This document shows, one piece after another, positions 56,864 through 64,000 of a stretch of DNA of 64,000 bases; within the stretch, counting starts at the first letter, position 1; every line of letters begins with the position of its first letter. The notes under the pieces are model-generated. The model made no database searches. It had not been told where the DNA came from and saw nothing but the letters and a program-made list of their open reading frames with translations. Source of the stretch: Escherichia coli (lineage in GTDB: Bacteria; Pseudomonadota; Gammaproteobacteria; Enterobacterales; Enterobacteriaceae); NCBI RefSeq assembly GCF_016026235.1, contig NZ_CP065613.1; one strand, given 5' to 3'. Made by a program: the position numbers and the translations under genes.

Positions 56864-58363
56864 ATGACAGAGCCGCATGTAGCAGTATTAAGCCAGGTCC
56901 AACAGTTTCTCGATCGTCAACACGGTCTTTATACTGATGGTCGTCCTGGCCCCGCACAAAGTGAAAAACGGTTAGCGATCTTTAATCCGGCAACCGGGCA
57001 AAAAATTTCGTCAACTGCTGATGCCAACGAAGCGGATGTAGATAACGCGGTCATGTCTGCCTGGCGGGCCTTTGTCTCGCGTCGCTGGGCCGGGCGATTA
57101 CCCGCAGAGCGTGAACGTATCCTGCTACGTTTTGCCGATCTGGTGGAGCAGCACAGTGAGGAGCTGGCGCAGCTGGAAACCCTGGAGCAAGGCAAGTCAA
57201 TTGCCATTTCCCGTGCTTTTGAAGTGGGCTGTACGCTGAACTGGATGCGTTATACCGCCGGGTTAACGACCAAAATCGCGGGTAAAACGCTGGACTTGTC
57301 GATTCCCTTACCCCAGGGGGCACGCTATCAGGCCTGGACACGTAAAGAGCCGGTTGGCGTAGTGGCGGGAATTGTGCCGTGGAACTTCCCGTTGATGATT
57401 GGCATGTGGAAGGTGATGCCTGCACTGGCAGCAGGCTGTTCAATCGTGATTAAGCCTTCGGAAACCACGCCACTGACGATGTTGCGCGTGGCGGAACTGG
57501 CCAGCGAGGCTGGTATTCCTGATGGCGTTTTTAATGTGGTCACCGGGGCCGGTGCTGTATGCGGCGCGGCCCTGACGTCACATCCTCATGTTGCGAAAAT
57601 CAGTTTTACCGGTTCAACCGCGACGGGCAAAGGTATTGCCAGAACTGCTGCTGATCGCTTAACGCGTGTAACGCTGGAACTGGGCGGTAAAAACCCGGCA
57701 ATTGTATTAAAAGATGCTGATCCGCAATGGGTTATTGAAGGCTTGATGACCGGAAGCTTCCTGAATCAGGGGCAAGTATGCGCCGCCAGTTCGCGAATTT
57801 ATATTGAAGCGCCGTTGTTTGACACGCTGGTTAGTGGATTTGAGCAGGCGGTAAAATCGTTGCAAGTGGGACCGGGGATGTCACCTGTTGCACAGATTAA
57901 CCCTTTGGTTTCTCGTGCGCACTGCGACAAAGTGCGTTCATTCCTCGACGATGCGCAGGCACAGCAAGCAGAGCTGATTCGCGGGTCGAATGGACCAGCC
58001 GGAGAGGGGTATTATGTTGCGCCAACGCTGGTGGTAAATCCCGATGCTAAATTGCGTTTAACTCGTGAAGAGGTGTTTGGTCCGGTGGTAAACCTGGTGC
58101 GAGTAGCGGATGGAGAAGAGGCGTTACAACTGGCAAACGACACGGAATATGGCTTAACTGCCAGTGTCTGGACGCAAAATCTCTCCCAGGCTCTGGAATA
58201 TAGCGATCGCTTACAGGCAGGTACGGTGTGGGTAAACAGCCATACCTTAATTGACGCTAACCTACCGTTTGGTGGGATGAAGCAGTCAGGAACGGGCCGT
58301 GATTTTGGCCCCGACTGGCTGGACGGTTGGTGTGAAACCAAGTCGGTGTGTGTACGGTATTAA
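56864..58363 (+). CDS. feaB: Phenylacetaldehyde dehydrogenase
   Basis: 499-aa aldehyde dehydrogenase (ELGGKNP, catalytic Cys); ATG at 56864. Confidence 0.9.
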   Translation: MTEPHVAVLSQVQQFLDRQHGLYTDGRPGPAQSEKRLAIFNPATGQKISSTADANEADVDNAVMSAWRAFVSRRWAGRLPAERERILLRFADLVEQHSEELAQLETLEQGKSIAISRAFEVGCTLNWMRYTAGLTTKIAGKTLDLSIPLPQGARYQAWTRKEPVGVVAGIVPWNFPLMIGMWKVMPALAAGCSIVIKPSETTPLTMLRVAELASEAGIPDGVFNVVTGAGAVCGAALTSHPHVAKISFTGSTATGKGIARTAADRLTRVTLELGGKNPAIVLKDADPQWVIEGLMTGSFLNQGQVCAASSRIYIEAPLFDTLVSGFEQAVKSLQVGPGMSPVAQINPLVSRAHCDKVRSFLDDAQAQQAELIRGSNGPAGEGYYVAPTLVVNPDAKLRLTREEVFGPVVNLVRVADGEEALQLANDTEYGLTASVWTQNLSQALEYSDRLQAGTVWVNSHTLIDANLPFGGMKQSGTGRDFGPDWLDGWCETKSVCVRY

Positions 58364-58381
58364 TCTTGTTCGCGCATAAGT

Positions 58382-58410
58382 AAAAAACGGCACCTGGTGC
58401 CGTTTTTTTA
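58382..58410. terminator. Bidirectional Rho-independent terminator between feaB and tynA
   Basis: AAAAAACGGCACC-TGGT-GCCGTTTTTTT. Confidence 0.55.
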
Positions 58411-58421
58411 GTCTGAAACAA

Positions 58422-60695
58422 TCACTTATCTTTCTTTATCGCCCCTAGCGTTGGCGTTTCGTCAAAGAAGTTCCATGGTTTAAGCAGAGTATGTACCCAT
58501 TCGGTCGGCATAATCGGCCACTCTTCGGCACGGGCCACATGCGTGGTGCCGGTGGTCATCCAGACAACGGCGTCGGTGTTGTCCAGCGACTCGTTATTCT
58601 TACTGTATTGTCCAAGACCGGTGTCATGAGTGGAACGGTTCGGATATTTGCCTTCCGGGAAACGCTCGCCTGGATGGTAACGCGTTACCCAAAGCTGCTT
58701 GTCCATAAAGCTTAAACGATGATAGATCCACTCGTCCGGGGCGAACTGGGCACCTTTTGCTACCGGGTGAGTACCACCTGCATAAGGAATAATTTGATAG
58801 GAAACCGGATTGCCCATGCGATTCTCTTTGTTCGGGTTACTCAACAAACGAATCGTGCCCGGATCAAATTTCTGTGCGGCATCCTGTTCATTGCCGATGT
58901 TGTACTGATTAACTTGCATGGTACTGGTGCGTGGGCCACCGGTAGTATTCGGTTTTACCACCGGGTCCATCGCCACCAGGCTGTTATTTTCGCCATCTAC
59001 ATCCAGATCGAGGCGGAAATTATAAATATGTTGGTGCGTAGTACCCACGATATTGTGATCGATAAGCGTGCCGTAGCGCGTGTCATCTTTCGCCGTCTCA
59101 TCGTGCATGGTTTTCGCTTTAACACCTTTCACCGCTTCGATGCCCGTAGCACCGGCATCAATGCCAATAGTGCCGTTTTCATGGAAGATCCAGTCAAAAA
59201 TGTAGTCATAGTTACCCACTGTACTGATCCAGCGCACCACCAACTCCCGGCGTTCGGTACTGACGTTGGGCTGGCCCATTTCCTGATGCTTATACTCAGG
59301 CCCGGCATAACGTTCAAATACCGCGATAGCACGAGGGATCTCCATCGGTACGCCAGTGTAGTCGGCGATGGTTTCATTCAGGAGCACTGCGTTAGAGGGT
59401 GCATCTTTGCCACGTGCAATTGGCGAGGTTAGCGTGCCCATACCGTAGTCACCAGAGTCCAGATACGCTTTAAAGTACCAGCCAATATCAGGATCACCGT
59501 AAGGCACAATCATGCCGCCGAGAGAACCTTCGTACATGACTTTGCGTTTGGTGCCATTGTCGTTATAAGTCACGGTGGAGATCATCGGCCCGACGCGAGA
59601 GTTCATGCTGAGGTGAAAATCCCAGTTACGCCAGTGAATCATATCGCCAGTAATGGTGTAATTTTTACCTTCAGGCTCGATGATTTGCATAGGTTTAACT
59701 GCCGGAGCAACGCGGTCACGGCCATCAAATGGACGTGCGGTCATTGGCACCGGAACTACCGGACCTTCTTCAATCTTAACGATTTTTTTCTGTTCTAAAT
59801 CAACGACCGCCACCAGGTTTTCGATGGGATGTGCCCAGTAGTTGCCATCACCGACATCAAGATAGCTGATGACTTTGAGCAACCGGGCATCTTGTTTCAG
59901 GCCATCTTTACCATCGAAATAACCTACGGTCAGCGGCGTGGTAATCACTTTCTTCGCATCAGTAATACCGCGCTTCTTCACGGCAGCGGTAAATTCTTCA
60001 CTGTTGTTAATAATGTTCTGCACACTGGCGAAATCATCCAGCAACACCATTCCGTGGGCGTCTTTAATGGGTTGCCAGGAGAGCAATTTGTTGTTTTGCA
60101 GATCCACCACCGCTTCGATGATATGTTTGCCGTCGAGCATAATGACGTCGGCTTTGCGTGGCTGGTCAACCGGTTTGTTTTCCAGCGCAAACGCCCAGAC
60201 AGCTTCTTTATCTGGCGGTAGCAGGGAGATCTCAGTAAAACGGGTATTGGGTTTGAAGTCCGCGGAAGCTTTAACAATTTCAACGGCCTGTTTAATTTCG
60301 TCCGCAGTTAGCGCATTAAGTGGGTGAGGGCGCTTTTCTACCTGAAAGGTTTGATCCAGCCCGGACTGGAAAACATCGTTAATAAAGGTGTCAGAAACCC
60401 AGGCTTTATTGTCTTTCATCACTACCGGTACTTGCAGTGCCAGAGGCTGACCATTAACAATTGCTGTTTGTGCACTAGGCTTCACTTTCACGTACGCGCC
60501 ATCTTTAATCAGGGTAAAGAGCTGGGCGTAGTCGTCCCACTGCACATCGGCACCAAATTCTTTAAGCGTTTTATCCATTGGCACCATATGCGCTTCACCA
60601 CCGTGGGCAAATACCGGCGCTTGCCAGGCGAAACTTAAGGCGACTGCCAACGCCAGGGTTGTTTTACGGGCAGAATACAGAGAGGGGCTTCCCAT
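58422..60695 (-). CDS. tynA: Copper-containing primary amine oxidase
   Basis: 757 aa from MGSPSLYSARKTTLALAV (signal peptide); track ORF has a 12-codon upstream extension. Confidence 0.9.
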   Translation of the reverse strand: MGSPSLYSARKTTLALAVALSFAWQAPVFAHGGEAHMVPMDKTLKEFGADVQWDDYAQLFTLIKDGAYVKVKPSAQTAIVNGQPLALQVPVVMKDNKAWVSDTFINDVFQSGLDQTFQVEKRPHPLNALTADEIKQAVEIVKASADFKPNTRFTEISLLPPDKEAVWAFALENKPVDQPRKADVIMLDGKHIIEAVVDLQNNKLLSWQPIKDAHGMVLLDDFASVQNIINNSEEFTAAVKKRGITDAKKVITTPLTVGYFDGKDGLKQDARLLKVISYLDVGDGNYWAHPIENLVAVVDLEQKKIVKIEEGPVVPVPMTARPFDGRDRVAPAVKPMQIIEPEGKNYTITGDMIHWRNWDFHLSMNSRVGPMISTVTYNDNGTKRKVMYEGSLGGMIVPYGDPDIGWYFKAYLDSGDYGMGTLTSPIARGKDAPSNAVLLNETIADYTGVPMEIPRAIAVFERYAGPEYKHQEMGQPNVSTERRELVVRWISTVGNYDYIFDWIFHENGTIGIDAGATGIEAVKGVKAKTMHDETAKDDTRYGTLIDHNIVGTTHQHIYNFRLDLDVDGENNSLVAMDPVVKPNTTGGPRTSTMQVNQYNIGNEQDAAQKFDPGTIRLLSNPNKENRMGNPVSYQIIPYAGGTHPVAKGAQFAPDEWIYHRLSFMDKQLWVTRYHPGERFPEGKYPNRSTHDTGLGQYSKNNESLDNTDAVVWMTTGTTHVARAEEWPIMPTEWVHTLLKPWNFFDETPTLGAIKKDK

Positions 60696-60942
60696 TATTA
60701 ACCTCGTCAGATGTTGTGTTCTTGTTAGCAACCGCGCTCTGTGGGCGGTTTAGTCAGGTTCACATTATCAGCACTGATGTAAAGGGGATTGCCTGCACCT
60801 GCCAGGTTGTTTGGCAGGTGTGCCAGCTTTTCATACAGTGGGTGCCCTGAAAATAGATATATACATCATGCATAATGTGACAACGTCACAAAATTTGGTG
60901 AAATAAAAGGGCAACTATTCGCCGTTGCCCTTCATTCACCGA

Positions 60943-62988
60943 TTAATCGACAAAATCACCGTGCTGCCTTGCCACCAGCGTCAGAATTGAATACAGCGCC
61001 ACCGGGGTTTGATGCTGATTGAATACCTCTACCGCCCATTCCACCACACCTGTTGGTTTTTCTTCTGCGCTACGCTGTTTTTTCAGCGTCTTGCGCTTAC
61101 AGGTGAGACGCACCTGGATGGTATCGCCTGGTTTTACTGGCTCGATAAAACGCAAGTTTTCCAGCCCGTAGTTAGCAATGACCGGACCAACTCCGGCATC
61201 GACAAACAGACCCGCAGCCGCAGAAAGCACAAAATACCCATGCACCACACGCTCACCGAAAATAGATTCGGCAGCAGCAATCTTATCCATATGCGCATAG
61301 AAATGATCGCCGCTGAGGCAAGCAAAGTTAACAATATCGGCCTCTGTCATTGTGCGGCGGGGAGTCAGCAGGCTGTCGCCTGGTTGCAGCTCCTCAAAAT
61401 ATTTGCGGAACGGATGAATACGATCTTCTTCGACTTTCGCGCCACGCACCCACTGTTTACTGATAGCGGCAAGCATCGACGGGCTACCCTGTACAGCGGT
61501 TCGCTGCATGTAATGTTTCACCGCCCGTAAACCACCTAATTCTTCACCGCCTCCTGCGCGACCAGGCCCACCATGTACCAGTTGTGGCAGTGGGGAGCCA
61601 TGCCCGGTGGATTCTTTTGCCGACTCTTCATTGAGGATCTGAATTCGCCCATGCGTACGCGCCGCGTCGGCAATAAACTGACGCGCAATTTGCGGATCAG
61701 CCGTCACCAGCGTTCCCGCAAGGCTACCGCCGCCTGCACAAGCCAGTTGCAGAGCATGTTGCTGGTTTTGTGCTGGCATTAGCGTTGCGACAGGGCCAAA
61801 GGCTTCTGTTGCATGTACCGCCGGTGTTTCATCCGGCTGCGGACAGTACAATAAGGTTGGCGGGAAGAAGGCACCCGCAGCAGATAAATCCGCCTGACCA
61901 CCGAGGCGAATCTCGCATCCTGCAGCCAGCAATGTGTTCACTTTTTCCTGCACATCGGCACGCTGCTCAGCATTTACCAGTGCGCCCATTTTCACGCCTT
62001 CCTGCGCAGGATCACCGACCACGACTTTCTGTAATCGCGCAACCAGAGCGTCACTGACAGCATTAACCAATACTTGCGGCACAATAATCCGCCGGATTGC
62101 CGTACATTTTTGCCCGGCTTTTGTGGTCATCTCACGCACAACTTCACGAATAAACAGCGCAAACTCCGGGCGATCCGGGGTGACATCTTCGCCCAGTACG
62201 CAGCAGTTCAGGGAATCAGCTTCCATAGTGAAGGGGATAGATTTGGCTACGATATTTGGCTGAACTCGCAGCATCTGTCCGGTCGCCGCTGACCCCGTGA
62301 AAGTCACCACATCCTGGCTGTCCAGATGATCCAAAAGGTCGCCCGCACTACCGCAGATCAGACTAATTGCGCCTTCGGGAACAAGACCACTATCGACAAT
62401 TGATTTCACCATCGCCTGAGTCAGTTGGGCCGTCGCGGTAGCTGGTTTGATGATGGCTGGCATTCCGCCCAGCCACGTTGGTGCCAGCTTTTCCAGCATT
62501 CCCCAGCAGGGGAAGTTAAAGGCGTTAATATGCACTGCCACGCCTGACTTTGAGGTCAGTACATGGCGCGCGGCAAATCCACCTTCTTTTGATAAGGGGA
62601 TCAATTCATCTTCCGGCCACAGCGTATCGTCAGGCAGCTCCCGGCTACCGAGGCTGGCGTAAGTAAATAACGTCCCAATACCGCCTTCAATATCAACCCA
62701 ACTGTCTGCCCGCGTTGCGCCTGTTTGCGCAGAAAGAGCATAGAAACGCTCTTTTTCACTCAGCAGATGTTTAGCGACCGCTTTAAGCATCGCCGCACGT
62801 TCGATAAAGGTCATAGCGCGAAGGGCTGGGGCACCTTTTTCAATGGCAAACAGGCGGGCAGCCGCCATATCAAGACCTTCACGGGTCACTTCCCATAACG
62901 CCTCGCCGCTAATAGCGTGATGAATCAAACGGCTACGGCCCCGGCCAGACTGCCAGGTACCGGATAAGAAACTGGCTAACTGCTGCAT
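60943..62988 (-). CDS. paaZ: Bifunctional oxepin-CoA hydrolase / 3-oxo-5,6-dehydrosuberyl-CoA semialdehyde dehydrogenase
   Basis: 681 aa: N-terminal aldehyde dehydrogenase domain, C-terminal MaoC-like hydratase domain. Confidence 0.9.
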   Translation of the reverse strand: MQQLASFLSGTWQSGRGRSRLIHHAISGEALWEVTREGLDMAAARLFAIEKGAPALRAMTFIERAAMLKAVAKHLLSEKERFYALSAQTGATRADSWVDIEGGIGTLFTYASLGSRELPDDTLWPEDELIPLSKEGGFAARHVLTSKSGVAVHINAFNFPCWGMLEKLAPTWLGGMPAIIKPATATAQLTQAMVKSIVDSGLVPEGAISLICGSAGDLLDHLDSQDVVTFTGSAATGQMLRVQPNIVAKSIPFTMEADSLNCCVLGEDVTPDRPEFALFIREVVREMTTKAGQKCTAIRRIIVPQVLVNAVSDALVARLQKVVVGDPAQEGVKMGALVNAEQRADVQEKVNTLLAAGCEIRLGGQADLSAAGAFFPPTLLYCPQPDETPAVHATEAFGPVATLMPAQNQQHALQLACAGGGSLAGTLVTADPQIARQFIADAARTHGRIQILNEESAKESTGHGSPLPQLVHGGPGRAGGGEELGGLRAVKHYMQRTAVQGSPSMLAAISKQWVRGAKVEEDRIHPFRKYFEELQPGDSLLTPRRTMTEADIVNFACLSGDHFYAHMDKIAAAESIFGERVVHGYFVLSAAAGLFVDAGVGPVIANYGLENLRFIEPVKPGDTIQVRLTCKRKTLKKQRSAEEKPTGVVEWAVEVFNQHQTPVALYSILTLVARQHGDFVD

Positions 62989-63272
62989 CGCTACTCTCCA
63001 GATGTTTCACATTTCTGTTGCTAATAGTTAAATCACGAATCATAAAAAGCAAGGCGTATTTTAACGAAATGTTAACTGTGCGATCTGTATATCAACTACT
63101 AAAAACATTAATGCACTGATAAATAATGAGTTATAAAAATAGGGTGCGAAATCCGTCACAGTTCAAACATACAAAATTTGTGATTTTAGTTAACCATTGT
63201 GTAACTTTCATAAAACAACATGATTCGTGTTTTTAATTAATTCACGAAAACTGGAATCGTAAAGGTGATGAC
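62989..63272. promoter_or_regulatory. Divergent paaZ / paaA promoter region
   Basis: AT-rich 284-bp intergenic region between divergent paaZ and paaA; regulatory sites not resolved by eye. Confidence 0.35.
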
Positions 63273-64000
63273 GTGACCCAAGAAGAACGCTTTGAGCAAC
63301 GGATAGCCCAGGAAATGGCTATCGAGCCGCAGGACTGGATGCCCGATGCTTACCGAAAGACATTGATCCGCCAGATTGGGCAGCATGCGCACTCCGAGAT
63401 TGTTGGTATGTTGCCTGAAGGTAACTGGATCACTCGCGCACCAACCTTGCGGCGTAAAGCCATTCTGTTAGCCAAAGTGCAGGATGAAGCAGGTCATGGC
63501 CTGTATCTCTATAGCGCCGCCGAAACACTGGGCTGTGCCAGAGAAGACATCTACCAAAAAATGCTCGACGGACGGATGAAATATTCCTCCATCTTTAATT
63601 ATCCGACATTGAGTTGGGCTGATATCGGCGTTATCGGCTGGCTGGTGGATGGCGCAGCGATCGTCAATCAGGTGGCGTTATGCCGCACTTCTTATGGCCC
63701 GTATGCCAGAGCAATGGTGAAAATCTGCAAAGAAGAGAGTTTTCACCAGCGTCAGGGGTTTGAAGCCTGCATGGCACTGGCGCAGGGCAGCGAAGCTCAA
63801 AAGCAGATGTTGCAAGACGCCATTAACCGTTTCTGGTGGCCGGCCTTAATGATGTTCGGGCCAAACGATGATAACTCGCCAAACAGCGCCAGAAGTCTCG
63901 CCTGGAAAATCAAACGTTTCACCAACGACGAACTCCGCCAGCGTTTCGTGGATAACACCGTTCCACAAGTTGAAATGCTCGGTATGACCGTTCCTGACCG
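63273..64000 (+). CDS. paaA: Phenylacetyl-CoA 1,2-epoxidase subunit A, 5' portion (runs off window end)
   Basis: GTG at 63273 then [13 protein letters not shown]...; open to window end. Confidence 0.85.
   Translation, partial: MTQEERFEQRIAQEMAIEPQDWMPDAYRKTLIRQIGQHAHSEIVGMLPEGNWITRAPTLRRKAILLAKVQDEAGHGLYLYSAAETLGCAREDIYQKMLDGRMKYSSIFNYPTLSWADIGVIGWLVDGAAIVNQVALCRTSYGPYARAMVKICKEESFHQRQGFEACMALAQGSEAQKQMLQDAINRFWWPALMMFGPNDDNSPNSARSLAWKIKRFTNDELRQRFVDNTVPQVEMLGMTVPD

Overview
E. coli chromosomal window. Roughly 1-40300 is a lambdoid prophage at the Rac-like position next to uspF/ompN/ydbK, read from its early region to its tail fibres. It contains: an IS4-family (IS10-like) element abutting a recE-like gene, a Rha-family regulator, a cI/cro-like immunity switch, ydaT/ydaU/dnaC-like replication genes, an intact IS911, a small accessory cluster (HNH, DUF551), a mok/hok type I toxin, antiterminator Q, four tRNA genes, a pinholin/SAR-endolysin/Rz-Rz1 lysis cassette with an extra gene inserted, terminase, and lambda-like head and tail genes (W, portal, protease-capsid, FII, Z, U, V, G/GT, H, M, L, K, I, J, lom, stf). 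Six morphogenesis genes are broken by single-base deletions in short homopolymer runs. Then comes a sitABCD Mn/Fe ABC-transporter operon with MntR and Fur boxes (40495-43944), followed by conserved K-12-like chromosome: uspF, ompN, ydbK, ydbJ, hslJ, ldhA, ydbH, ynbE, ydbL, feaR, feaB, tynA, paaZ and the 5' part of paaA. No CRISPR array or rRNA was seen. I did not find a clearly novel multi-gene system; the best candidates are the uncharacterised gene inside the lysis cassette and the accessory cluster at 10120-12261. All calls rest on reading the sequence and recalled family knowledge; no database search was run.
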